From: a virus
Lineage: Duplodnaviria; Caudoviricetes
Virus record (IMG/VR): IMGVR_UViG_3300044505_000030
Coordinates: 1 to 38,727 of that record
Direction: 5' to 3' (one strand)
DNA: 38,727 nt
Shown: positions 1 through 7,328 of the stretch, piece after piece
How positions within the stretch are numbered: the stretch's first letter is position 1
Layout: each line of letters opens with the position of its first letter
Made by a program: the position numbers and the translations under genes
Notes under the pieces: generated by a model
Seen by the model: only the letters and a program-made list of their open reading frames with translations
Told to the model about the DNA's origin: nothing
Databases searched by the model: none

Positions 1-109
1 TTTTTGGACGGCGACGCGTTGAGGGTGCCGCTGAGGGCGCTAAAGAAGCCTACCGGGGCCTAACGTGCGTTCGAGCGCACGCTGGCGCGGCGCTCAACTT
101 TGGATTAGG
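1..109 (+). repeat. Exact copy of 37328-37436 (end of + strand gene plus attC-A); left half of the cassette-deleted junction
   Basis: Base-by-base match from TTTTTGGACGG to TGGATTAGG; diverges at 110 (T) vs 37437 (C). Confidence 0.95.
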
Positions 110-231
110 TTGCATCAGACACCACGCTCTCAAGTTTTCCGCGCTTGCGAACGATCCGCTGTGCCCAGCCGCAATGCGCGCAGGCCCGCGTTGTCTCGCT
201 CACGGCCGGGCCGTTGTACCAGTTGCCGTCC
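105..231 (+). repeat. 127-bp repeat identical to 38601-38727; closes the genome circle (38,496 bp intact allele)
   Basis: Direct match TTAGGTTGCATCAGAC...GTTGCCGTCC; 127 bp suggests an assembler k-mer overlap. Confidence 0.95.
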
Positions 232-353
232 GCGTCCTTCCATGCGCTGTGTCCATCGGCCGTTCTGAAGCCGCTGTTGTTCCACAGTGGGCATTCACAT
301 TTCGGGCATTTGTCTGCAATCGCGTCCATTTCCTCTCCGTTCACCAATGCCAT
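105..353 (-). CDS. Cassette-3 gene: small Zn-ribbon-like protein (CPKC...CAHC); alternative start at 329
   Basis: Two CxxC pairs; stop codon lies in the attC core (TTA at 105-107); GGAG RBS before 329. Confidence 0.7.
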   Translation of the reverse strand: MALVNGEEMDAIADKCPKCECPLWNNSGFRTADGHSAWKDADGNWYNGPAVSETTRACAHCGWAQRIVRKRGKLESVVSDAT

Positions 354-395
354 CGAACCCCCTCGCGGCCAAGGCCGCTTAGTTTTGCGTTAGGC
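352..395 (+). mobile_element. Degenerate attC site (attC-D)
   Basis: Right half intact: GCTTAGT-TTTGC-GTTAGGC, with central hairpin GCGGCC-AA-GGCCGC; left half only ATCGAAC-CCCCTC with no L'' box. Confidence 0.6.
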
Positions 396-833
396 CCCCA
401 CCAGCCAGCGCCAAAGCCCCGGTCCCCAGTGCACGGAGGCAACAGCGGCCAGCAGCGCGAGCAGGAACCCGACGAACCAATTCGCAGCCTGCGTCGGACC
501 GGCCATGCGCTTGGCCTGATGCTCTGCGACATCGAGCCCCATGATGTTGGAGTCAATCACCTCGGTGCGGCTGAGGCCGGTGCGGGCCGGGCACTCGCGC
601 TTGCAGGCGCTGCGGCCCTGGCGCTCGCACCAACCGAGGCAGGGTTTTGGCACGTAAGCCGCCTCGTCGCCGAGCGGGGCCGATCCTGAATCGTGCACCA
701 TCGGCTGAGTGATGGGGCCGGGGTATCGCTGCGGCGGCACGACTGCGAGCGGCGCCCGGACGGTGCGGGCGAATTGCAGGGCGGCCCGGCCTGGGAGCGG
801 GGCGGGCTCGGTGTCGCGGTAGGTCAGGCCCAT
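390..833 (-). CDS. Hypothetical protein with C-terminal transmembrane helix
   Basis: Hydrophobic WFVGFLLALLAAVASVHW; stop codon inside attC-D core; coupled to upstream gene. Confidence 0.65.
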   Translation of the reverse strand: MGLTYRDTEPAPLPGRAALQFARTVRAPLAVVPPQRYPGPITQPMVHDSGSAPLGDEAAYVPKPCLGWCERQGRSACKRECPARTGLSRTEVIDSNIMGLDVAEHQAKRMAGPTQAANWFVGFLLALLAAVASVHWGPGLWRWLVGA

Positions 834-835
834 GG

Positions 836-1459
836 TTAGTCCTTCGGCGCCGCGGCGCGGATCATGCGGCGCTCTTGCATCGGCACGTTCTCCCAAATGT
901 AGGGTCCGCGCACATTGGGAGGCGTCACGTCCGGGGAGAATGAATGCAGGCGTCTTTTGGCGGCGGCATAAGCCTCATGCGCTTCTTCGGCCGTTTGGTA
1001 TGTGCCGAGGTGTAGCTTTGCGCCGCCATGCCCGATACACGCTTTGTAGGTTCCGTGTGGTGTTGGCGAAGCGCCAATGATGCCGCTCTTGTTGTTCTTG
1101 TTTGCGCCGCGCCTGTTCTGCTGGTTCTCGGCGCAGGTGCACTCTCGGAGATTCGTGATCGCGTTGTTGAAGCCGTTGCCGTCGATGTGGTCGATATACC
1201 CGGCAGGCGGCCTGCCGTAGTAAAGCATCCATGCTATATGGTGCGCCCTGTGCCGACGGCCAGCTAGATAGATGCGCCCATATCGATTGCTGCCAGTCTT
1301 CGCCCCGGCAGCGAGCCAGCGCTGCCGGCCCGCGATCCACCACATGCGGCCCGTCGCGTGGTCATAGGCAATCGACGAGCGCACCATGTGCAGCAACCAC
1401 GCGAGCCGCTCAGCGAGCGCTGCCGCATCGTAGCGGGCGAGGAGTTCGGCGGGGGTCAT
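836..1459 (-). CDS. HNH homing endonuclease with AP2-like C-terminal domain
   Basis: AHHIAW...IDHIDGNGFNNAITNLR HNH motif; HLGTYQTAEEAHEAY AP2 motif. Confidence 0.9.
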   Translation of the reverse strand: MTPAELLARYDAAALAERLAWLLHMVRSSIAYDHATGRMWWIAGRQRWLAAGAKTGSNRYGRIYLAGRRHRAHHIAWMLYYGRPPAGYIDHIDGNGFNNAITNLRECTCAENQQNRRGANKNNKSGIIGASPTPHGTYKACIGHGGAKLHLGTYQTAEEAHEAYAAAKRRLHSFSPDVTPPNVRGPYIWENVPMQERRMIRAAAPKD

Positions 1460-1671
1460 GCTTCGGACTCCAAAGCTTCGGCCACGAAGAGCAGGGCCAT
1501 GCGGCGCACGTTCATGCTTTGCCGTTGATACCATGCCGGCGACGGGTGAAGCAGGTCATAGAGGATCGACCACGCTTTTGGCTGGCCTCGCACCCACGTT
1601 GCGAAAATGCGCGGGTCATCGGTCGGCGTGACGTGCAGCGCCGCGTGGCGGATGATGTCTGCTGTGCTCAT
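1456..1671 (-). CDS. Hypothetical phage protein
   Basis: 4-bp overlaps with both neighbours in the leftward operon. Confidence 0.6.
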   Translation of the reverse strand: MSTADIIRHAALHVTPTDDPRIFATWVRGQPKAWSILYDLLHPSPAWYQRQSMNVRRMALLFVAEALESEA

Positions 1672-2000
1672 GTCCGCATCCTCCGCAGCGCCAGCTCCGT
1701 AAGCTCGGCCCGCAGGCGATAGATGAACCGGTGCGCCTCGGGCAGCTCGCGCTTGCCGTGGATCACGATGCGGGCGAGATAGTTGAGCGCCGTGTCGATG
1801 TCGGCAGGGTCCAGATCGGCGAACGACACGATGCCATCCCCATCGGCGGTGAAGGTGAAGCCCATAAGCACGCTGTCGGCGATCGCCTCGGCTTCTTTCT
1901 CCTCGCGGCAGATGCGCTGCGATGCAGCCTCGGCGCGCTCTTCCTCGGTCAGGCGCGGCACGAATTCGTCAAACGCCGAGTCGGTGGGGGTGTAGCTCAT
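1668..2000 (-). CDS. Hypothetical phage protein
   Basis: GAGG RBS, translational coupling. Confidence 0.7.
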   Translation of the reverse strand: MSYTPTDSAFDEFVPRLTEEERAEAASQRICREEKEAEAIADSVLMGFTFTADGDGIVSFADLDPADIDTALNYLARIVIHGKRELPEAHRFIYRLRAELTELALRRMRT

Positions 2001-2007
2001 GCGATCC

Positions 2008-2256
2008 TCACTCAGCAGCGATCGCCGTGGCGCGCTGCCACGCGCTGTCCATTCGCTTCCCGCTCGCGGTCACAGCTCCAAGCTCGGTCCCAGCCAGCAG
2101 CCACAGGCGCCGCGCCTCTACCAGTTCGGCCAATGCTGCGACCGCAATGACGGCCTCGTCCAAAAGGGCTGCGATGTCGCTGGCGCCGTCATGGCGGCAT
2201 AGGTCGGACTCCGTAGCCAGGCGCTCAGCCAACGTGGGGGTGTAGGTGACATGCAT
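2008..2256 (-). CDS. Hypothetical phage protein
   Basis: GGAG RBS within the repeated leader element. Confidence 0.7.
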   Translation of the reverse strand: MHVTYTPTLAERLATESDLCRHDGASDIAALLDEAVIAVAALAELVEARRLWLLAGTELGAVTASGKRMDSAWQRATAIAAE

Positions 2257-2260
2257 CTGC

Positions 2261-2299
2261 CTCTCCGGTTGCGTTGTCGATGTGCAGACTGTACGCCCA
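2261..2299 (-). promoter_or_regulatory. Copy 1 of a 39-bp -10/leader/RBS element (TGGGCG-TACAGT...CGCAACCGGAGAG)
   Basis: 38/39 identical to 4998-5036; no good -35 at canonical spacing in this copy. Confidence 0.8.
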
Positions 2300-2300
2300 T

Positions 2301-2525
2301 CTAATCCGCTTGTGTGTGAATCTCAGTCATAGCTGCCTTGCTGAGCAATCGCAGATCGGCGAGCGTGCGCAGGTAGTGAGCAGCGGCGCCCTCGAGCCAG
2401 CGGGTGAGGGTGACGTCTTCGGCGCGCGCTGCGGCCTGCCAGGCAGCTTTGTCCGCCGGCCGGATGGCAAGGCGCAGGTTTGCCGTCTTTGTTCCGCGTG
2501 ATGCGCGGGTGCCTTCTTTCATCAT
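2301..2525 (-). CDS. Ribbon-helix-helix-like DNA-binding protein
   Basis: NLRLAIRPADKAAWQAAARAEDVTLTRWL matches the RHH pattern. Confidence 0.6.
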   Translation of the reverse strand: MMKEGTRASRGTKTANLRLAIRPADKAAWQAAARAEDVTLTRWLEGAAAHYLRTLADLRLLSKAAMTEIHTQAD

Positions 2526-2866
2526 CGCAGTGTCTCCAGTTCAGGAACGGCCCGCTCGCAATCGTCACATAGTGCCAGCCATTCGAGCGGCCTAGACTGT
2601 CGCGGGTCATTAGTCAGGGCAAGCGCCGCAGCCTTGCGGGCGCGCTTGTATACCTTCGCCAGCGCCGCCCGCAGCCGGCGCCGCTCGCGCTGTAGCGCAG
2701 CCAGCGCCGGCGCGTGGATATCGGCGCCCTCGAGCGTGGCCTGCAGGCCCCTGCGGCACCAGTCGGCCCTGTCCATACCAGCGAGCTCGGCGGCGCGGCC
2801 CCAGGCGTCTTTCTGGGCCGCGGTGACCCGGATATAGATGCGCTCGCCTTTGCGTCGGTCGTTCAT
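2522..2866 (-). CDS. Ribbon-helix-helix-like DNA-binding protein with C-terminal extension
   Basis: RIYIRVTAAQKDAWGRAAELAGMDRADWCR. Confidence 0.6.
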   Translation of the reverse strand: MNDRRKGERIYIRVTAAQKDAWGRAAELAGMDRADWCRRGLQATLEGADIHAPALAALQRERRRLRAALAKVYKRARKAAALALTNDPRQSRPLEWLALCDDCERAVPELETLR

Positions 2867-3195
2867 TTCGGCTCCATTGCAGCAGCGGCGCGCACGATCG
2901 CGCGGCGGGTGGCGGCGTAGGGGTCTTTTGGCAGTTCCCCAACCGCGAACATCGCCGTGACCGCATCGTCAAAAGCGCGTCCTCCATGCGGCCAATTCAG
3001 GACTCTCACCGCCAACCGCAGCGCATCGCCGTCGTCTGTGAGGGGGTTCCAGATCGGAAAGGCATCGTGATCTGCCGGCGTGCGTGCCCTTGCGTACCCG
3101 TTTTTGCTGCCCGTTTCTGTGCACCAGCGGAATTGCATTCCGGCCGCCCGCGCGGCCCGCTCAAGTAGTTCGCGGTCTGTCATTTGAGCCTCCAT
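2863..3195 (-). CDS. Conserved phage hypothetical protein
   Basis: MTDRELLERAARAAG...WNPLTDDGDALRLAV...ATRRAIVRAAA, a pattern I recognise from proteobacterial phages. Confidence 0.75.
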   Translation of the reverse strand: MEAQMTDRELLERAARAAGMQFRWCTETGSKNGYARARTPADHDAFPIWNPLTDDGDALRLAVRVLNWPHGGRAFDDAVTAMFAVGELPKDPYAATRRAIVRAAAAMEPK

Positions 3196-3500
3196 ACCCT
3201 GCCCCCTCCTGTACCGTGCCCCTTGCGCCTGAGGCAGTAGCCATCAGCCTCGATCAGGCCAGCCTTTCGCAGCCCACCGAATACCCCCCCGAAAGCGCGA
3301 TCATCCGGGGGTTTGATGCCGGCGAGCTTGCAGGCATCGACGATGAGCTCCCCGCTGCTGACCTTCGTCAGGCGCAGGTAATCGACGATGAAGGCCCGAG
3401 CCCGCTCGCTGAAATCGGATACGTGCCGCTCGGCCCGATCCAGAGCGAGGCCTGCGAGGCGCTCGCCCTCGGCGCGGGCGGTGGGGAGGGTGGGGGTCAT
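3180..3500 (-). CDS. Conserved phage hypothetical protein (possible winged helix)
   Basis: PPDDRAFGGVF...GLI...VWR pattern; coupled ORF. Confidence 0.65.
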   Translation of the reverse strand: MTPTLPTARAEGERLAGLALDRAERHVSDFSERARAFIVDYLRLTKVSSGELIVDACKLAGIKPPDDRAFGGVFGGLRKAGLIEADGYCLRRKGHGTGGGRVWRLK

Positions 3501-3742
3501 TCGATGCTCCTGATGTGTTTATCCCAAGCCCGGACCCGCTTGTGCGCCGCATCGATGCTTTCGCCAGGCTGCATGATCGAGCGCAGGGCGTTCCTGTAAT
3601 CCGGCGTGATGGTGTTCGAGGCAGCGGCGGTATGGAAGGCCGGCGCGTGCGCCAGAGCGCGGGCATCGCACTCCGGGCAGCCGCGGGAATACAGACCCGA
3701 TAGGCGATCGGCGCGGGCGCGGTCGCAGGCGTCGCAGGTCAT
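3497..3742 (-). CDS. Small Cys-rich hypothetical protein
   Basis: CDAC and CPEC motifs; coupled ORF. Confidence 0.6.
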   Translation of the reverse strand: MTCDACDRARADRLSGLYSRGCPECDARALAHAPAFHTAAASNTITPDYRNALRSIMQPGESIDAAHKRVRAWDKHIRSIE

Positions 3743-4071
3743 TCGCCCCTCGCTGCGCGGATGGCGGCATCGATTTCGAGCGTCATTCGCCGCACCTCTG
3801 TCTCCCACGCCATATGCTCTGGGCTCAGCTGGTAGTCGATCGTCCCTAGCACCTTGATGAGCAGCGGACGTGCCGCCTCCAGCGCCGCGAGCATCTGCGG
3901 GGCGGCGCAGATAAGGCGCGCATCGTTGCTGTCCGGGTCCAGCGCTATGGCGTATTCGCTCTCGCTTGGGTCGAAGATCACGATGGGTTCGCCGTTTTCA
4001 TCCACGATCGCACCGGACGTCCGGCTGTGCCCGCAGTCAATCGCTGCGTGCTTGTCAATGCGCCATTTCAT
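3739..4071 (-). CDS. Phage hypothetical protein
   Basis: DARLICAAPQMLAALE...AAIRAARGE motif common in phage early genes; GGAGG RBS. Confidence 0.7.
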   Translation of the reverse strand: MKWRIDKHAAIDCGHSRTSGAIVDENGEPIVIFDPSESEYAIALDPDSNDARLICAAPQMLAALEAARPLLIKVLGTIDYQLSPEHMAWETEVRRMTLEIDAAIRAARGE

Positions 4072-4304
4072 GCTTGATCCTCCCGGGTCAGACTGCGCCA
4101 GCGATCCCATAGTAAGTATTTGGTGATGTTCCTGCCCTGGATCTGCATCCGTATGCCGGCCCGGTAGCAGTGATGTTCGACCGTGCTGCGCGAGACGCCG
4201 AGGGCGTTGGCAACGGCTTTGTGGCAGCCGTGCTCTAGCATCGCATCCATGACCTGTGCCTCGCCAGGCGTGAGGCCCCATGGGCTGATTCGCTTACGCG
4301 GCAT
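4068..4304 (-). CDS. Stand-alone LuxR/GerE-type HTH protein (paralog A)
   Basis: LTPGEAQVM...KAVANALGVSRSTVEHH. Confidence 0.8.
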   Translation of the reverse strand: MPRKRISPWGLTPGEAQVMDAMLEHGCHKAVANALGVSRSTVEHHCYRAGIRMQIQGRNITKYLLWDRWRSLTREDQA

Positions 4305-4530
4305 GATCGACTCCCCTGCGCCACCGATCCCACATCAGGTAGCGCCCGAGGTGGCCGGTAGCGCCGATCTTCTTTGCCGCGCAGTAGCACTGGCTTTCGA
4401 TCGTGCTCGGCTCGACGCCTAGCGCGCGGGCGGCGCGTTTCTGTGATAGGTGTTTGACCATTGCGTCCATCGCTCGGGCTTCGCTGGGCGTGAGGCGCCA
4501 GGGGCTTACGTAGTCTGTGCGTCTAGGCAT
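4294..4530 (-). CDS. Stand-alone LuxR/GerE-type HTH protein (paralog B)
   Basis: LTPSEARAM...KRAARALGVEPSTIESQ; shares SPWxLTP and YLxWDRWR with paralog A. Confidence 0.8.
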   Translation of the reverse strand: MPRRTDYVSPWRLTPSEARAMDAMVKHLSQKRAARALGVEPSTIESQCYCAAKKIGATGHLGRYLMWDRWRRGVDHAA

Positions 4531-4801
4531 CGCTCGGCGGCTCCGGGAGGGGTTGCCAGTGGGTGGCGTCGTGGAATGCGAAGCCGAGCACTGCATGCCA
4601 TTCGCGATGCTCTGTGCTCCACCAGCATGCAGCTTGAGCCTCACGGTACCCGCGCCGATACAGCAGGATGCGCTGCCCACGCTTCGGCGCGGTGGCGATC
4701 GGACGCCAACCATTGGCATCGACACCATCCGCGGCGGCGATCGCCTCGGCGTGGATAGCCCGCCGGTGCGCGAGCTGGGCGGTGGTGGCGCGGCGGGTCA
4801 T
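4523..4801 (-). CDS. DUF551-like phage protein
   Basis: GWRPIATAPK...THWQPLPEPP. Confidence 0.75.
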   Translation of the reverse strand: MTRRATTAQLAHRRAIHAEAIAAADGVDANGWRPIATAPKRGQRILLYRRGYREAQAACWWSTEHREWHAVLGFAFHDATHWQPLPEPPSDA

Positions 4802-4992
4802 TGCAGACGCTCAAGGCCGTTATGCGGCACGAACCGATAGCGTCGTTGCTCGTTTGCGCCAAGCCCGCAGAGAATGTATGCATCAGGCTTGTAGTCGCCG
4901 GGTGTCGGTTCTTTGGCGATCACGCGAAGGGAGAGAAACCCGACCTTGACCGCTTCGCCGACTTGCCATTCTTGCCTGCTGTTCGTGATCAT
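4798..4992 (-). CDS. Conserved phage hypothetical protein, first gene of the leftward operon
   Basis: MITNSRQEWQVGEAVKVGFL...; GGAG RBS in the repeated leader. Confidence 0.75.
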   Translation of the reverse strand: MITNSRQEWQVGEAVKVGFLSLRVIAKEPTPGDYKPDAYILCGLGANEQRRYRFVPHNGLERLQ

Positions 4993-4997
4993 CTGTT

Positions 4998-5053
4998 CTC
5001 TCCGGTTGCGTTGTCGATGTGCACACTGTACGCCCACCGAGCCCATGCGTCAA
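4998..5053 (-). promoter_or_regulatory. Leftward sigma70 promoter TTGACG-17-TACAGT plus copy 2 of the 39-bp leader
   Basis: Near-consensus hexamers at 17-bp spacing. Confidence 0.8.
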
Positions 5054-5099
5054 GGGCTCATCTGTGAATCTGCGGCACAGGTGCGGTGATGGGTGTGCA

Positions 5100-5128
5100 T
5101 TGACAGAGGGCGGTGGTGGGCGTACAGT
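5100..5128 (+). promoter_or_regulatory. Rightward sigma70 promoter TTGACA-17-TACAGT
   Basis: Consensus -35, 17-bp spacer; shares GTGGGCGTACAGTNTGCACAT with the leftward promoter. Confidence 0.8.
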
Positions 5129-5154
5129 ATGCACATACCAGCAAGGGGCGCAAG

Positions 5155-5379
5155 ATGGCGCGCAAACTGAGCACGCATAGGGTTTTGCAAGTCGCAGAGA
5201 TCGCGGATAGGGCGCCGCATGAGCGGGTTCGCGCCTACATCTGCGCCATTCGCGCCGAAGGCATCGGCAACCGTTCGGCTGCTGCATATTTCACGCGGCG
5301 CGCCCAGCAATGGGAGCGCATCCGCATCGCTGCGGACCGCCAATTGATGGCCGACGTAGATGCGCGCCGTGCCACTTGA
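5155..5379 (+). CDS. Hypothetical protein
   Basis: Directly downstream of promoter; AAGGGG RBS. Confidence 0.55.
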   Translation: MARKLSTHRVLQVAEIADRAPHERVRAYICAIRAEGIGNRSAAAYFTRRAQQWERIRIAADRQLMADVDARRAT

Positions 5380-5442
5380 CACCATCCGCCAGCCGTGCAC
5401 AAATGCGCTTGCGCACGCCGTCACGCCGTGATAACGTGACGC

Positions 5443-6402
5443 ATGGCCTACGTGAAGCTCGATACCGGCATTTTGGATTCAACCCTATGGGTAGAGCGAG
5501 AATGCCGGGAGGTCTTCATCACGGCGTTGCTCATGGCCGGGCCGCGTGAGTTCATGGAGCCGCAACCGCAGATCGAGGTGCGCTCGCTTGAGCTAACCGG
5601 CTTCGTCGCGCCTGCGGGCTGGTACGGCTTCGTTGAGGCAGCAGGCATCGGAATCGTGCGCCGCGCGATGGTTGACCCCGAGGCCGGGTTAGCGGCGCTT
5701 GAGAAGCTCGGCGCGCCAGACCCCGAAAGCCGTTCCAAGAAGCACGACGGCCGACGCATGATCCGAGTCAACGGAGGGTATTTGGTACTCAACTTCATCG
5801 AGTACCGCGACCGGGACCATACCGCAGCCCTTCGCGCCCAACGCTACCGCGACAAGAAGGCGTCAGAGGCGTCACGCCGTGACGTAAGCCCGTCACGCCG
5901 TAACGTCACATACGAACGCCCGAACGTCACGCAAGCAATAAGCAATAAGCAAGAAGCAGAAATACCAATACCCCCCCACCCCCCTTCGGGGGGCGCTTTC
6001 GCCGAGTTCTGGAAGTCTTGGCCCGCTCACAAACGCAAGGTGGCGCGACGGCAGTGCGCCGCGAAGTGGGCAGCGCTTGGGTGCGATGCCTTGGCGCCGA
6101 GGATCATGGCCGCGCTCGCAGCCGCGAAGGCATCCCCGGATTGGGCGAAGGAAGGCGGGGAGTTCGTTCCGGCGCCGCTGGTGTGGCTGAATCAAGCCCG
6201 ATGGGAGGCCCCAACAGCCGCTGAGGCGCTCGCAACGGACCCTTGGGCTACCCGGGCAGGGGTAGAGGCCCAGGCGGCGCTTGTGGGGCTTCCAAAGTGG
6301 GAGCAAATGGAGGCATTCGACGTGTACCGGCGCCGGGTGCGCGATGCGGTGGCGGCGGACATCAGAACCAAGGCGCTAGGCGCCCTGAAGAGGGTGGCAT
6401 GA
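5443..6402 (+). CDS. Phage replication initiator (replisome-organiser / lambda O-like)
   Basis: MAYVKLDTGILDST N-terminus, low-complexity middle with DNA iterons, FAEFWKSWP...VPAPLVWLNQARWE C-terminal motif. Confidence 0.8.
   Translation: MAYVKLDTGILDSTLWVERECREVFITALLMAGPREFMEPQPQIEVRSLELTGFVAPAGWYGFVEAAGIGIVRRAMVDPEAGLAALEKLGAPDPESRSKKHDGRRMIRVNGGYLVLNFIEYRDRDHTAALRAQRYRDKKASEASRRDVSPSRRNVTYERPNVTQAISNKQEAEIPIPPHPPSGGAFAEFWKSWPAHKRKVARRQCAAKWAALGCDALAPRIMAALAAAKASPDWAKEGGEFVPAPLVWLNQARWEAPTAAEALATDPWATRAGVEAQAALVGLPKWEQMEAFDVYRRRVRDAVAADIRTKALGALKRVA
5860..5996. other. Putative replication origin inside rep gene
   Basis: Repeated CGTCAC/GTGACG iterons, then A-rich AGCAATA repeats and a CCCCCTTCGGGGG hairpin. 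Confidence 0.65.
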
Positions 6403-6758
6403 CCGACAACGACGCACTTCGGGACGAAATCCAGCGGCTGCGGGCCGAGCTCGATCAGCGCCGCAAATCAGGCAACCCCATCGAGCGCCTGCACAACATC
6501 TGCGAGGGCATCGCCGAGTCTGCTGATGGCTCCGAGTGGTCGCGCGAGGAGTGGGAGCGTATCGACGCTGAAACCGTGCGGCTGAAGAACGAGAACGAAG
6601 CCCTGCGCCGCGCTCTGCATGAGATCGCCGAAGAGTGGGCCGGTGCAGAATGCGGCGAGCCTGTGTATGCGCAAGAGGCCTACGCGATCGGGCTGGCGAA
6701 ACGCATGTACTCGCTTGCGGCCGAAGCCTTGACAAAACCTCAGCAAACAGTGGGATAA
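6399..6758 (+). CDS. Hypothetical coiled-coil protein
   Basis: ATGA overlap with rep. Confidence 0.65.
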   Translation: MTDNDALRDEIQRLRAELDQRRKSGNPIERLHNICEGIAESADGSEWSREEWERIDAETVRLKNENEALRRALHEIAEEWAGAECGEPVYAQEAYAIGLAKRMYSLAAEALTKPQQTVG

Positions 6759-7019
6759 TCCGCCCATGCGCACAGGCGAGAACATCACCAGCCCCTGGCA
6801 GTGCAGCCCGGAGCATCGCCGCACCAACGCCCTCCCGAGCCCGCACGCTCCGGCGGGCGTTGTTGTCTGATGATGCAAAGCCACCAAGCGCAAGAGATCA
6901 TCGAGCTGCTGCGCGCGATCCTCGCTGCCTTGAAGCCTGAGCCAGCCAAGCCCGCAGCCAAGCCCGCGGCAAAGGCCAAGAAGTGAGCGCGCACTAACAA
7001 GAAAAATGGGGTCAGATCA

Positions 7020-7328
7020 ATGGCAAGTGGACAAAAACTGTTTGATGCAGCGCTGAAGCGCGCCCTATCGGCAAAGGGCGGTGCTGAGCTGTTGCGGCAG
7101 GCGGCCGATTCACTTCTCGTGAGCGCTGCGTCTGGTGTGCCCTGGGCGCTGCAGATGCTCGCAGACAGGCTTGATGGTAAGGCCGCGCAATCGGTTGAAG
7201 TCACGCACAATCGCAGCCTGTCCGAGATGAGCCTGGATGAACTCCGAAGCCAAGTCGCCGACATCCTTGCTGGTGCCGCTCCTGAGCGAGATAGACCGGC
7301 GCCTGAAGGCTCGCGAGTCGCTCACTGA
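7020..7328 (+). CDS. terS: Putative terminase small subunit
   Basis: Position; LADRLDGKAAQSVEV...LSEMSLDEL motif. Confidence 0.65.
   Translation: MASGQKLFDAALKRALSAKGGAELLRQAADSLLVSAASGVPWALQMLADRLDGKAAQSVEVTHNRSLSEMSLDELRSQVADILAGAAPERDRPAPEGSRVAH

Noticed and set aside
835-841. GTTAGTC as an attC core
   Set aside because: No upstream hairpin or inverse core; it is just the HNH stop next to the following ATG.
6729-6759. TTGACA...GATAAT late promoter
   Set aside because: The 19-bp spacer is off-consensus; not supportable without TSS data.
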